Positions 27,363 through 37,650 of a DNA stretch of 44,279 nucleotides are shown one piece after another (the first letter of the stretch is position 1; each line of letters starts with the position of its first letter). The notes beneath the pieces were generated by a model that saw nothing but the letters and a program-made list of their open reading frames with translations, did not search any database and was not told the DNA's origin. The stretch is from the NCBI GenBank assembly GCA_003233235.1, contig QILF01000012.1:1-44279 (forward strand). Reading direction: 5' to 3'. Source of the stretch: Zetaproteobacteria bacterium (lineage in GTDB: Bacteria > Pseudomonadota > Zetaproteobacteria > Mariprofundales > Mariprofundaceae). The translations under genes were made by a program, and so were the position numbers.

Positions 27363-28535
27363 TCAAGCCGCCCGCACAGGACGCACAGAAAATTGCACCC
27401 GAACCTCCAGCCCGCCCTGCGGCAGGTTGCTCAAAACCAACCTTCCTCCATAACGATTAACCGTCTCCTGAACAATGGACAGCCCCATACCATGTCCACC
27501 ACCGGTATCACTGCTTTGCCTGCCACGATCATCTTCGATACGATAAAACCGCTCGGTAACACGCGGCAAATGCTTCGGATCAATGCCAGGACCGCTATCA
27601 ATAACGCGTAAAACAGGCTGGCCATCAACACACTGCATACACAACGATACCCTGCCGCCTTGCGGCGTGTGGCGTATGCCATTCTCCATCACATTGGTCA
27701 GCAAACGATACAAATCAGCTCCATCCATTGGGAAAACACAACAATCATCATCGACGTTTGCTTCGAATCGAACGCCGTTCTTTTTCGCCACAGGCCGAAG
27801 CAACTGTTCCAGCTCATGCACCACCGCCACGGCATCGCAATGCACATCCTCGGGAACCACCCCTTCACCAAGCTGCTTGAGAGTTAAGATGGATTCGATA
27901 AGCTGATTCAGGCGTTTCGATTCCTGCGCAATCGTTTGTGCGGCTTCATCGCGTAGCGCCTTGTTGTCGCCAAAACTCTGAATACTGCGTGCGTAACCGA
28001 GAATCGAAGTCAGCGGGGTTTTCAAGTCGTGCATCAGGTCGCGCATCAATTGGTCGCGCTGCGTCTCCAGTTCGCGCTGGCGACTAATATCCAGACACAG
28101 CAGCAATGCCTCCCCGTTGCCCAACGGAGCCAAACGCACCGCCAGCACAAAATCGCCAACGTAGATATCCGGAATCTCGCAAGGCTCAGGCATTTGCATC
28201 AACGCCTTGCGCATCGCCTTATTCCATTTTGGTTTACGATAAAACACCGTCATCGGCTGTGGCATATCCAGCGAGCGAGGCAAGCGAAAAAGACGTCGGG
28301 CCTGTTCGTTCATAGTCAGAACTTCCGCATCTTTATTCAACCTGATAATGGCTTCGTTGACCGTGGAAAACAAGGCATCAAGGCGATTGCTGCGTTCATG
28401 CAACTGCTCATCCAGCGCCTGCATCTCGGAAGTGACCCGCCACTGCTCACGGGCCAGCTTACGCAAACGATTACGCTGCCAGAAAACAAGTGAAAGAAGG
28501 AAAAATGACGATATCAGCCACCATAGGTCATTCAT
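27363..28535 (-). CDS. Sensor histidine kinase (PhoR-like architecture: one N-terminal TM, cytoplasmic PAS-like region, HisKA, HATPase)
   Basis: 390 aa with H-box LMHDLKTPLTSILGYA, N-box LTNVMENGIRHT, and G-boxes VIDSGPGI and GGHGMGLSIV. Confidence 0.85.
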   Translation of the reverse strand: MNDLWWLISSFFLLSLVFWQRNRLRKLAREQWRVTSEMQALDEQLHERSNRLDALFSTVNEAIIRLNKDAEVLTMNEQARRLFRLPRSLDMPQPMTVFYRKPKWNKAMRKALMQMPEPCEIPDIYVGDFVLAVRLAPLGNGEALLLCLDISRQRELETQRDQLMRDLMHDLKTPLTSILGYARSIQSFGDNKALRDEAAQTIAQESKRLNQLIESILTLKQLGEGVVPEDVHCDAVAVVHELEQLLRPVAKKNGVRFEANVDDDCCVFPMDGADLYRLLTNVMENGIRHTPQGGRVSLCMQCVDGQPVLRVIDSGPGIDPKHLPRVTERFYRIEDDRGRQSSDTGGGHGMGLSIVQETVNRYGGRLVLSNLPQGGLEVRVQFSVRPVRAA

Positions 28536-29242
28536 TCTACGGACTCGTTGTTAAAACGGTAACCCATACTGCGTATCGTTTCTATGCAGTCGCCAGCGCC
28601 GCATTTTTTTAGTGCTTTGCGCAGGCGCTTGACCGTCACATCTACCGTGCGCGGCTCAACATACGTGTCGCGTCCCCAGACATGATCAAGCAGATAATCA
28701 CGACTGCGTGTTTTGCCCGGTTTTTTCATCAGCACCATCAGCAGACGAAATTCCAGTGGCCGCAGCATAACGTGATGGCTACCGACACTCACCCGATAGG
28801 TATCGGCATCAAGTGAAATCGAACCCTGCGAAAGCGCCGCTTCCGCCTTGCCGTGTGTGCGCCGTAACAACGCCTGCAAACGCGCCACCAGTTCCTCCGG
28901 CTCGAACGGCTTGGCCAGATAATCGTCTGCACCCTCGTTCAGTCCCTGCACCCGATCCGCCGTCTGGCCGAGCGCCGTCACCATCAAAACCGGCAGCATA
29001 TCTTCACTGTTACGGCGAATAAAACGCAAAACACGCATGCCACCAGCGCCCGGCAACATGCGATCCAGCACCACAGCGCTCCACTGCTTCTCCTGCAATA
29101 ATTCCAGTGCTTTGTCACCGTGATTGCAAGTTTGCGTAGCAAAACCAGCCGCTTCGAGATGCATCTGCATCAAACGGGCGATGGGCGCATCATCTTCGAC
29201 AATCAGAATCGGGTGTTCGTTTCCGAGCATGGCGTCTATCAT
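28532..29242 (-). CDS. OmpR/PhoB-family response regulator
   Basis: The receiver domain has ILIVEDD, VVLDRMLPG and DDYLAKPF. The winged-helix output domain has LRPLEFRLLMVL and ETIRSMGYRF. I place the start at ATG 29242. The gene overlaps the kinase gene by 4 nt. Confidence 0.88.
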   Translation of the reverse strand: MIDAMLGNEHPILIVEDDAPIARLMQMHLEAAGFATQTCNHGDKALELLQEKQWSAVVLDRMLPGAGGMRVLRFIRRNSEDMLPVLMVTALGQTADRVQGLNEGADDYLAKPFEPEELVARLQALLRRTHGKAEAALSQGSISLDADTYRVSVGSHHVMLRPLEFRLLMVLMKKPGKTRSRDYLLDHVWGRDTYVEPRTVDVTVKRLRKALKKCGAGDCIETIRSMGYRFNNESVE

Positions 29243-29322
29243 GAATTCCACATGACAGGATGACAAGCCCCGCGCCGGGTCGCGCTTTTATTCACACGCT
29301 TCGGCTTTTCCACAGCGGACAT

Positions 29323-29841
29323 TCAGGCAATGGAAAGACTATTCAAGCTGCGCGTATAATGGCGTAGCGCCGAATATTCGATTTCCAGCTTCAACGACAT
29401 ACGTGACAGCAGGCGAAACATGAATTGCAAGAGCTGAAATCCGAGCCGGGGATCTTCCAGCGTAATTAAATCAAAATAAGAACGGCTCAGACCGAGTAGC
29501 GTCAAATCGTCCAGCACTTTAACCGTAGCCGAATGCTGGCGATCATCGAGAAAAGAAAATAAACCGAACACATCGCCTGCCTGCAATGTTGAAAAAACAT
29601 TGCCCGATAAATCGCTCACCGATACGTTGCCTTCCAGTATCATATAAACACAACGCTCCGATGCGCTTCCGGCACTATATAGAACCTCTTCTCTTTTATA
29701 TCGCACCTCTTCGAAACATGAAAAGACCTCCATCGCATCGTGTACGGCAAGCTCCTGCCCGATGGGCAAGCTACGAAAGCGCATAAAATTGGGATTAGCG
29801 GATACCGATGCGAATAAGGTCGTGAGATTGCCTTGCGCCAT
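29323..29841 (-). CDS. Stand-alone cyclic-nucleotide-binding (cNMP) domain protein, no DNA-binding domain
   Basis: 172 aa. The segment YMILEGNVSV...AGDVFGLFSFLDDRQHSATVKVLDD matches the cNMP beta-roll and phosphate-binding-cassette pattern. No HTH follows it. Confidence 0.65.
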   Translation of the reverse strand: MAQGNLTTLFASVSANPNFMRFRSLPIGQELAVHDAMEVFSCFEEVRYKREEVLYSAGSASERCVYMILEGNVSVSDLSGNVFSTLQAGDVFGLFSFLDDRQHSATVKVLDDLTLLGLSRSYFDLITLEDPRLGFQLLQFMFRLLSRMSLKLEIEYSALRHYTRSLNSLSIA

Positions 29842-29921
29842 ATTAGTAATTCTCCTTGCCGATAAACATATGTTTCAATTTCTGATTTGTATTTCTATTG
29901 CAGCGCAGCATGGATGTGAAA

Positions 29922-29965
29922 TGTGACAATCTCATGACAATGCTGATGTGTCATACCGGTGTCAC
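29922..29965. promoter_or_regulatory. Two oppositely oriented Pho-box-like sites in the divergent intergenic region
   Basis: Site B is gTGTCATaccggTGTCAC (29948-29965), two 7-mers at 11-bp spacing facing the porin/pst side. Site A is TGTGACAatctCATGACA (29922-29939), the reverse complement of TGTCATGagatTGTCACA, facing the cNMP/RR/HK operon. The E. coli consensus is CTGTCAT-N4-CTGTCAC. Confidence 0.6.
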
Positions 29966-30011
29966 AAACAGCCCCTACTTTCGCTCCATCTCATTCCTAT
30001 AGGAGGAAGAA

Positions 30012-31244
30012 ATGAACAAGATTAAAACTTCAATTGCGGCAGCCATTATTGCCATGGTGGGAATTTCCTCGCCAGCATTCGCCGGCGGCGTGCAAGTGGA
30101 TGACAAGAGCCTGACCGACATACTTGTCAGCAAGGGCGTGTTGAGCAAAGCCGAAGCCAAAGCTGTCAAACATAACAGTAACGGCAGACTGAAAATTGGT
30201 GGTAAACTTTATTTGAACTCAACCTATGCCAATGACAAGGTGACAACTGCAGGCACGCAGAAAGACACCAAGAGCAGGGGGCTGAATGTTGACCGTGCAT
30301 ATCTCACCGCCAGATATTCTTACAACAAGAACTGGATGGCACGCATTACCCTCGACATGGCTAACCAGGACGCTGTCTCAAATCTAAGCAAAGATCAGGT
30401 AATATTTTTGAAATATGCTTATGTTCAAGGCAAGTTGCTTGATGATGCCGCAGTGTTGCGCTTGGGCCAGTCACATACCCCGTGGATTGACTACCAAGAA
30501 GAACAGAATGAACATCGTTTTGTCTTCAAAACCTATGTGGATACTTATGGCTTCGAGACATCATCCGATCTGGGCGTTGGCCTGAAAGGCGATTTGCTTG
30601 ACGGTCTTGTGGAATATTGGGTTACCGAAACCAACGGCACGGGCTACAGCAAAGGTAATTTTCAATCCGGTAACAATGCCACGGATTTCTCTTCGCGCAT
30701 CAGCTTGTTCCCTATAGAGCATGTCAGCCTGGATTTTGGATACTCAAACGGCTTTCACGCCAGTAAGACATTTAAGAGCGGCGTGGGCGTAGCTGGCATA
30801 AAATCTGTCCTGTATCAGGCTCAGATCACCTATATCACACACGAATATGGAATGGGTATCGGTCTCATCGGCAACACAGACACCGCCAAGGATGCAACCA
30901 GCTACACGAAAAAACATGGCAGTAGTTATACGCTGGCCGCTGCTAACGACAGATTGGAAAGTGACGGTTTCTACGTCTGGGGCCGCTCTGAGCTGCCGGT
31001 TGAGCACTTTGCTGTATTCGGTAACTATGAGTACCTGAAAAACAAACTGAAAAAGATTGCTGCGTTCTCAACCGCACCTGACGAGAAGATTAAACGCTAT
31101 GTCTTCGGCGTGGATTATTCACCCGTCAAGCATCTGACATTCTCTGCTGTAGTGGATATCACGAGTTTTGATAACCCGGCGGGTGTTGCTGCTAACGATA
31201 GAACAATCAACAAGTTCGGTATCTACTCGGAAACGAAGTTCTAG
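30012..31244 (+). CDS. Phosphate-selective porin O/P family outer-membrane protein
   Basis: 410 aa with signal peptide ...SSPAFA|GG, a beta-barrel strand pattern, and the C-terminal ...IYSETKF. It lies directly upstream of pstS and downstream of the Pho boxes. Confidence 0.7.
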   Translation: MNKIKTSIAAAIIAMVGISSPAFAGGVQVDDKSLTDILVSKGVLSKAEAKAVKHNSNGRLKIGGKLYLNSTYANDKVTTAGTQKDTKSRGLNVDRAYLTARYSYNKNWMARITLDMANQDAVSNLSKDQVIFLKYAYVQGKLLDDAAVLRLGQSHTPWIDYQEEQNEHRFVFKTYVDTYGFETSSDLGVGLKGDLLDGLVEYWVTETNGTGYSKGNFQSGNNATDFSSRISLFPIEHVSLDFGYSNGFHASKTFKSGVGVAGIKSVLYQAQITYITHEYGMGIGLIGNTDTAKDATSYTKKHGSSYTLAAANDRLESDGFYVWGRSELPVEHFAVFGNYEYLKNKLKKIAAFSTAPDEKIKRYVFGVDYSPVKHLTFSAVVDITSFDNPAGVAANDRTINKFGIYSETKF

Positions 31245-31259
31245 ATCACTGAACGGATT

Positions 31260-31279
31260 GGGGGCGGCTTTCCGCCCCC
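31260..31279 (+). terminator. GC-rich hairpin between the porin and pstS (weak terminator or attenuator)
   Basis: gggggcgg-cttt-ccgccccc, an 8-bp perfect stem. Only a weak T-rich tail (gattcattt) follows. Confidence 0.45.
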
Positions 31280-31327
31280 GATTCATTTAAACTTGATTCA
31301 TTCAAAAAACACCAAGGAGAATAACAC

Positions 31328-32368
31328 ATGAAAAAGATGATTTTCGCAGCATTGGCTGCTTTAACCCTCGGTTTTTCCGCGCAGGCAAATGCAGCAGCCA
31401 CCATCAACGGTGCCGGCGCAACCTTCCCTTACCCGGTTTATGGTAAGTGGGCACATGCCTACAACAAGGAAACCGGCGTTCGTTTTAACTATCAGGCCAT
31501 CGGTTCCGGCGGCGGCATCAAGCAGATCAAGGCCAAAACCGTGGATTTCGGTGCATCCGATGCCCCGCTCAAGCCTGAAGCTCTGGATAAAGCCGGCCTG
31601 ATGCAGTACCCGATGATCATGGGCGGTGTTGTGCCGGTTGTGAACATTGCCGGCATCGGCGCAGGCCAGCTAACGCTGTCCGGTGACGTTTTGGCAGATA
31701 TTTACCTGAACAAAATCACCAAGTGGAATGATGCACGCATTACCAAACTGAATCCGGGCGTGAATCTGCCTGCTGACGCAATTGCTGTCGTTCACCGTGC
31801 AGACGGTTCCGGCACAACTTGGATTTTCACCAACTACTTGACCAAGGTCAGCACTGGCTGGGCCAAGAATATCGGCAACAGCAAAGCTGTCGCATGGCCG
31901 ACCGGTCTGGGCGGCAAGGGCAATCAGGGCGTAGCTGCATTCGTTTCCAAGGTTCCGGGTTCGATTGGTTATGTTGAGTATGCTTATGCGCTGCAGAATC
32001 ACATGGCTTCCGTCAAGTTGCTCAATCAGGCAGGCAATGCCGTCTCTCCGACCGCTGCAAATTTTCAGGCAGCCGCTGCTGGCGCTGACTGGGCACATGC
32101 CAAGGGCTACTACATGGTTCTGACCAACCAGCCGGGTGCAAATTCATGGCCGATCACGGGTGCTTCTTTCATCCTGATGTACAAAAGTCAGAAGAACCCT
32201 GCAACAGCCAAAGAAGTGCTGAAGTTCTTTGACTGGAGCTACAAGCATGGTGCTGATATGGCCAAGAAGCTCGACTATGTTCCGATGCCTGAGAAAGTCA
32301 TTAAGATGGTTGAGAAGACTTGGTCTGCTGACATCCGTTCGGCTAACGGTGACAAAATCTGGAAGTAA
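31328..32368 (+). CDS. pstS: Phosphate ABC transporter substrate-binding protein
   Basis: 346 aa with a signal peptide. INGAGATFPYPVYGKWA and ...DFGASDAPL... are typical of PstS. The SD is aaggag. Confidence 0.92.
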   Translation: MKKMIFAALAALTLGFSAQANAAATINGAGATFPYPVYGKWAHAYNKETGVRFNYQAIGSGGGIKQIKAKTVDFGASDAPLKPEALDKAGLMQYPMIMGGVVPVVNIAGIGAGQLTLSGDVLADIYLNKITKWNDARITKLNPGVNLPADAIAVVHRADGSGTTWIFTNYLTKVSTGWAKNIGNSKAVAWPTGLGGKGNQGVAAFVSKVPGSIGYVEYAYALQNHMASVKLLNQAGNAVSPTAANFQAAAAGADWAHAKGYYMVLTNQPGANSWPITGASFILMYKSQKNPATAKEVLKFFDWSYKHGADMAKKLDYVPMPEKVIKMVEKTWSADIRSANGDKIWK

Positions 32369-32420
32369 GATGTATCGTTGTAGCTGATATACAGCTATAA
32401 TATTCGCAGATGATAAAGAT

Positions 32421-32449
32421 AGGGCCGGGTTTTCCCGGCCCTGTTTTTT
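32421..32449 (+). terminator. Rho-independent terminator/attenuator after pstS
   Basis: agggccggg-tttt-cccggccct followed by gtttttt. Confidence 0.8.
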
Positions 32450-32607
32450 CAAACCACGCCGAACCTGTCAGCTCAAAAACTGAGCGTTCCAGATTGCAAC
32501 AACATGCATGATGCGGTTTGAAAGAAACGAGCAAAACATCACCATCGGATTTGACTTTGGGTGCTATCATTCAGAGACTTCCACACATCTTAGAGAGAGG
32601 GTTATCC

Positions 32608-33543
32608 ATGCCAGCAGCAAGCACCAGCAAATCAGGATTTTCAGCCGATCAGTTGTTCCGCTTGCTGACTTCCGCTTTTGCCGCTTTTATTGCCGTGCTG
32701 TTCATCGTCATGCTGGCCGTGCTTTGGCATCAATCACAGCCATCCATTGATAAATTCGGTTTTTCCTTCCTCATCAGCAGCGACTGGAATCCGGTTACCG
32801 ATCAATACGGTGCACTGATTGCCATCATCGGCACACTACTCACCACCTTCGTCGCCATGTTTATCGCCCTGCCTGTCAGCCTCGGTATCGCGCTTTTTCT
32901 GGCTGAAATCGCCCCCTATTGGATGCGCGGCCCGGTCGGTACGGCGATTGAACTTCTCGCCGCTATCCCCAGCATCGTCTATGGCATGTGGGGATTGTTT
33001 GTCATCGTCCCGATCATGGCCAGTTCAGTCGAGCCATGGTTGTACCATCACCTCGGTTTCCTGCCCCTGTTTTCAACGCCGCCCATCGGCATCGGCATAC
33101 TCACCGCAGGACTGGTGCTGGCATTAATGATTATTCCTTTTATCGCTTCGATTACCCGCGATGTGTTTCTCATGTGCCCGCAAAATCTAAAAGAATCTGC
33201 TTATGGCCTTGGCGCAACCAATTGGGAAGTCGTCAAAGATGTGATGATTCCGTATGGAATCAAAGGCATCGCCGGAGCTGTATTCTTGGGTCTGGGCCGG
33301 GCACTGGGCGAAACCATGGCCGTTACTTTTGTCATCGGCAATGCCTACCATCTGTCGTGGTCGCTGTTAGCACCGGGTAACTCCATCGCTTCCACGCTGG
33401 CCAATGAATTTACCGAAGCCGATGGCGAATTATATACTTCATCACTGATTGAGCTGGGTTTAGTGCTGTTCCTGATTACCTTCATTGTGCTCAGTCTAGC
33501 CGAGATATGGCTGCACTCGGGCAACAAGAAACGAGGCATATGA
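32608..33543 (+). CDS. pstC: Phosphate ABC transporter permease PstC
   Basis: I place the start at ATG 32608 with SD gagagagg. It is a polytopic permease with an EAA-like loop (ESAYGLGATNWEVVKDVMIPY). Confidence 0.9.
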   Translation: MPAASTSKSGFSADQLFRLLTSAFAAFIAVLFIVMLAVLWHQSQPSIDKFGFSFLISSDWNPVTDQYGALIAIIGTLLTTFVAMFIALPVSLGIALFLAEIAPYWMRGPVGTAIELLAAIPSIVYGMWGLFVIVPIMASSVEPWLYHHLGFLPLFSTPPIGIGILTAGLVLALMIIPFIASITRDVFLMCPQNLKESAYGLGATNWEVVKDVMIPYGIKGIAGAVFLGLGRALGETMAVTFVIGNAYHLSWSLLAPGNSIASTLANEFTEADGELYTSSLIELGLVLFLITFIVLSLAEIWLHSGNKKRGI

Positions 33544-33544
33544 T

Positions 33545-34393
33545 ATGCTGAATTCACGCGCCGCACGCCGTCAATTCACCAATCAATTCATCCTGATTCT
33601 ATCTACCTTAGCGGCTGTACTGGGCATCATCATGCTGGTCTGGATTCTGGGCGATGTAGCATGGCGCGGATTCAGCGCCATGAACTGGGATTTCTTTACC
33701 AAACTGCCTGTCCCTCCCGGCGAAAAAGGTGGCGGACTGGCCAATGCGATTGTCGGCACATTATTGATGACTGTAACCGCAGCCCTGATGGCCGTTCCCA
33801 TCGGCGTAATGGCCGGAACCTATCTCGCCGAATTCGGCAAACACAACCTTTTCGGTCGCATGGTACGTTCACTTTCCGATATTCTGGTCTCCGCTCCGTC
33901 CATTGTCGTCGGCGTATTCGTCTATCTGGTTATGGTCAAAACCATGGGGCATTTTTCCGGTTGGTCGGGAGCGGTATCGCTGGCCATTCTGATGCTACCG
34001 GTGGTCATTCGTACCACTGAGGAAATGCTCAGACTCGTACCCGATGAAATGCGCGAAGCTGCGCTGGCGCTTGGCGCACCCTATTGGAAAATGATGCTGC
34101 AAGTGGTTTTCCGCGCCGCCAAAAATGGTATGATTACCGGTATAATGCTGTCTGTGGCACGCGTTGCCGGAGAAACCGCGCCCCTCTTGTTCACGGCCAT
34201 GAACAGCCCCTATTGGATGGAAAGCATGAACGAACCGATGGCCAATTTAACGGTCACGCTGTTTAATTATGCCATGAGTCCCTATGCTGACTGGCAACAA
34301 CTGGCATGGGGCGCAGCCTTTCTAATTACCATATCTGTTCTTTTTGTAACCATCACAACCCGCCTCTTATTGGTTGGCAGGAGCAAACATTGA
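33545..34393 (+). CDS. pstA: Phosphate ABC transporter permease PstA
   Basis: 282 aa with the EAA-like loop [19 protein letters not shown]. It follows pstC with a 1-nt gap. Confidence 0.9.
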   Translation: MLNSRAARRQFTNQFILILSTLAAVLGIIMLVWILGDVAWRGFSAMNWDFFTKLPVPPGEKGGGLANAIVGTLLMTVTAALMAVPIGVMAGTYLAEFGKHNLFGRMVRSLSDILVSAPSIVVGVFVYLVMVKTMGHFSGWSGAVSLAILMLPVVIRTTEEMLRLVPDEMREAALALGAPYWKMMLQVVFRAAKNGMITGIMLSVARVAGETAPLLFTAMNSPYWMESMNEPMANLTVTLFNYAMSPYADWQQLAWGAAFLITISVLFVTITTRLLLVGRSKH

Positions 34394-35169
34394 CCCAAAC
34401 AAACACGCAGAACCCCGAAGTTAAGATTGCCGTACGTAATTTAAATTTTTTCTATGACGATAAACAGGCTTTATTCGACAATACGCTGGATATCATAGCC
34501 AACAAGGTAACCTCGTTCATCGGCCCCTCCGGCTGTGGAAAATCCACCCATATCCGTTGTTATAATCGCATGTTCAGCCTGTATAAAGGCCATCGCGGTG
34601 AAGGTGAAATACTGTTTGACGGCGAGAATATTCTTGATCCGAAAATACCGGAATTGGAATTGCGTCATCGGGTCGGCATGATTTTCCAGAAAGCGACCCC
34701 CTTTCCCATGACCGTGTACGAAAATATCGCCTATGGCTTGAAACTGCACAATAAATATCCGCAAAGCGAGCTGGATGACCGGGTCGAAAAGGCACTACGC
34801 GACGGTGCGCTGTGGGATGAGGTTAAGGATTCACTGCGTAAACCCGGCACAGCTCTTTCCGGAGGACAACAGCAACGCCTGTGCATCGCACGCGCTATTG
34901 CCGTACAGCCGGAAGTGATTCTGATGGACGAGCCGTGTTCGGCACTCGACCCGATTGCTACCGCCAAAATTGAGGAGCTGATTGATGAATTGAAGAAAAA
35001 ATTCACCATTGTTATCGTCACCCACAGCATGCAACAGGCCGCCCGCGCATCTGATTTCACCGCTTATTTCTACCTCGGAAAACTCATCGAATATGGTGAA
35101 ACACAAAGCATCTTCACATCACCGCAAAACAAGGAAACCGAGGATTACATCACTGGCCGCTTCGGCTGA
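34390..35169 (+). CDS. pstB: Phosphate ABC transporter ATP-binding protein PstB
   Basis: A probable TTG start at 34390 overlaps the pstA stop, with SD ggcaggag. It has Walker [10 protein letters not shown], signature LSGGQQQRL and Walker [12 protein letters not shown]. The track ORF starts at 34306, inside pstA. Confidence 0.9.
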   Translation: MTQTNTQNPEVKIAVRNLNFFYDDKQALFDNTLDIIANKVTSFIGPSGCGKSTHIRCYNRMFSLYKGHRGEGEILFDGENILDPKIPELELRHRVGMIFQKATPFPMTVYENIAYGLKLHNKYPQSELDDRVEKALRDGALWDEVKDSLRKPGTALSGGQQQRLCIARAIAVQPEVILMDEPCSALDPIATAKIEELIDELKKKFTIVIVTHSMQQAARASDFTAYFYLGKLIEYGETQSIFTSPQNKETEDYITGRFG

Positions 35170-35192
35170 TTGCAAGATAAAGGGAGATTGAT

Positions 35193-35903
35193 ATGAGTGA
35201 ACATACGATCAAACGTTTTGAAGAAGAGCTAAACGAACTCAAAGACCGGGTACTGGCCATGGGCGGGCTGGTGGAACGTGCTATCCGCCGATCCATGAAA
35301 TCTTTGAATAGTTTAGATACCAAACGTGCGCTCAAAGTCATTGAACGCGACAAGGCGATTAACGCGCTGGAAGTCGAAATCGACGAAATGACGCGCACCT
35401 TGCTAGCCCTGCGTCAACCGGCAGCCGGTGATCTGCGTTTCATTATCAGCGCCATTAAAATCGTCACTGATTTGGAACGGATTGGCGATCTTGCCGAGGG
35501 TATCGCCGAAACAGTGCTGCAAAGTCAGGATCATCCGCTAACCCACCTGGATTCGCTAAACTCGCTTTCCGATGAAGTAGAAAAACAGGTAAACAAAGCC
35601 CTCGATACTTTTGCCCGCAACGATGCTGAAACGGCGCTGGCATGCATAGAAGGCGATAAAAAAATCAATAAAATGTTCAAGAGCGTGCAGCGCGAAAATC
35701 TTTCCTATATGATTGAAGATCCACGTCAGATCACCTCAGGTCTGCAAGCCTTTGCCATCGGTCGCAATCTGGAACGCATCGGCGATCATGCCGCCAACAT
35801 CTCCGAAATGGTTATCTACATGGTTCAGGGTCACGATATCCGCCATGTTGACCATGAAACAGCCGCAGCTATTATCAGCGGAGAAATATTGGACGAGGAT
35901 TAA
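35193..35903 (+). CDS. phoU: Phosphate signalling complex protein PhoU
   Basis: 236 aa with the two-repeat PhoU fold (DLERIGDLAEGIAE and NLERIGDHAANISE). Confidence 0.92.
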   Translation: MSEHTIKRFEEELNELKDRVLAMGGLVERAIRRSMKSLNSLDTKRALKVIERDKAINALEVEIDEMTRTLLALRQPAAGDLRFIISAIKIVTDLERIGDLAEGIAETVLQSQDHPLTHLDSLNSLSDEVEKQVNKALDTFARNDAETALACIEGDKKINKMFKSVQRENLSYMIEDPRQITSGLQAFAIGRNLERIGDHAANISEMVIYMVQGHDIRHVDHETAAAIISGEILDED

Positions 35904-36071
35904 CGTCGGCATCGTGTCAACCGAAGGCAGGGCTTCCCCACCTCTGCACATCTACCACCAGGGAAATGCTGAATTAAACCATGATTGTCCGTCTTTTTCT
36001 TGGCGGATGCCGATATTCAGGGCATGATGTTCCTTTGAATTTGAATCTGGAGGGAAGGATGCATCAGGGAC

Positions 36072-37613
36072 ATGCCAAAGGTATCTGATACGGAGCATAG
36101 CGAACCGGGTGCGCATATTGCCGCTATTGATGTCGGCTCCAATGCGATGCGTCTGGGTATTGCCGTACGCGATAACGACGGGCTGCCTGAAATCATCCTG
36201 CGCCACCGCGAAGCGGTGCGCCTCGGTCACGATGCTTTTACCACTGGAATACTAAGCGAAACCACACAAAACGAGGCCTTGGCCGCCTTTCGTCAATTCC
36301 AACGCATCCTTGATCAGCATCATGTTGAATCCCTGCGCGGGACGGCCACCAGTGCCATGCGCGATTCAGCCAACGGGCGACAACTTGCCAAACGTATTTG
36401 TGAAGAAACAGGTATCAAACTGGACATCATCAGCGGCGAGGAAGAGGCCCGCTTGGTGCACTGCTCCATCGCCCACCGCGTCGAACTGCGCGATTATTTC
36501 GCCCTGCTCATTGATATTGGCGGCGGCAGTGTCGAAATCACACTCTGCGACGACGGCGAAATCATTGCCGCACAAAGTTTCAAAATCGGTACAGTACGGC
36601 TACTCGAAATGCTTGGCGAAGCAGATGATTTCAATCTTCTACTTAGCGAATACCTTGATGGTGCACGCAAAAAAATAAGGGAACAGATTGGCTCCCGACA
36701 AGCGGATTTATGTGTCGGGACCGGCGGTAATGCGTTGGCCATCGGCGATCTCGGCCTGCAACTCGGATTAAGTCAATCGGCGGACCGAATCAGCCATACC
36801 GAGCTAATCCAACTCATCGAAAAACTGGGAAATACCAATATTGAGCAGCGCATTCGTGTTCTGGGCCTGCGCCCGGATCGCGCTGATGTGATCTTGCCGG
36901 CAGCGATGGTATTTCACGAAATCATGAAGCTGGCAGGTGCTAGCACCTTGCACATCCCCGAGGCCAGCCTGCTCGACGGTATTTTGCTCGATATGGCCAC
37001 TTCGGAAAAGCACCTGCTGCGCTCCCGCCGCCGTAATCTTCTCGGCTGGGCGAAAAGTTTGAAGAAAAAATATCACGTCGATCAACCCTATGCTAAAGCA
37101 GTCAAACTACTGGCGCTTAGTCTGTTCGATCAGACGCGGGGTTTGCACGGATTGGGCAACAATGAACGATTGCTGCTGGAAATTGCCGCCCGGGTGCATG
37201 AAATCGGCATGTACGTGCGCGTCGGCGGTCATCACCGCCATGCCGCTTACCTGATTATGGCCGCACCACTGCTTGGAATTTCGGATGCCGAAAAAACTAT
37301 ATTGGCGCAGACAGTTCGCTATCAGCGCAAGGCATTCCCTGATGAAGGGCACGAAGCATTTGCCGCACTGGATAAAACAGAAAGAAGCAGCGTGTGCTGC
37401 CTGAGTGCGATACTCCGCCTAGCCATCGCCTTGAATAAGGATCGGCGAAATCGGGTTGCAAGTATACGGGTCGAAACAGATGAAGAACACCTGACCCTGC
37501 ATCTTGAAGGTGAAGGAAATTTACTACTCGAACGCTGGGCAGTACTAAAAACAAGTGATTATGTCACCCGTGCTTTCAATCGCAGTCTAAACATCGACCT
37601 GAACGTCGATTAA
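36072..37613 (+). CDS. ppx: Exopolyphosphatase (Ppx/GppA family)
   Basis: 513 aa. The N-terminus has ASKHA-fold motifs (AAIDVGSNAMRL, LIDIGGGSVEI). The C-terminal region is HD-like (ARVHEIGMYV...HHRHAAYLI). Confidence 0.88.
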   Translation: MPKVSDTEHSEPGAHIAAIDVGSNAMRLGIAVRDNDGLPEIILRHREAVRLGHDAFTTGILSETTQNEALAAFRQFQRILDQHHVESLRGTATSAMRDSANGRQLAKRICEETGIKLDIISGEEEARLVHCSIAHRVELRDYFALLIDIGGGSVEITLCDDGEIIAAQSFKIGTVRLLEMLGEADDFNLLLSEYLDGARKKIREQIGSRQADLCVGTGGNALAIGDLGLQLGLSQSADRISHTELIQLIEKLGNTNIEQRIRVLGLRPDRADVILPAAMVFHEIMKLAGASTLHIPEASLLDGILLDMATSEKHLLRSRRRNLLGWAKSLKKKYHVDQPYAKAVKLLALSLFDQTRGLHGLGNNERLLLEIAARVHEIGMYVRVGGHHRHAAYLIMAAPLLGISDAEKTILAQTVRYQRKAFPDEGHEAFAALDKTERSSVCCLSAILRLAIALNKDRRNRVASIRVETDEEHLTLHLEGEGNLLLERWAVLKTSDYVTRAFNRSLNIDLNVD

Positions 37614-37650
37614 GCGAATACATTCGATCCTTTCAAGGTGAATACCGCCC

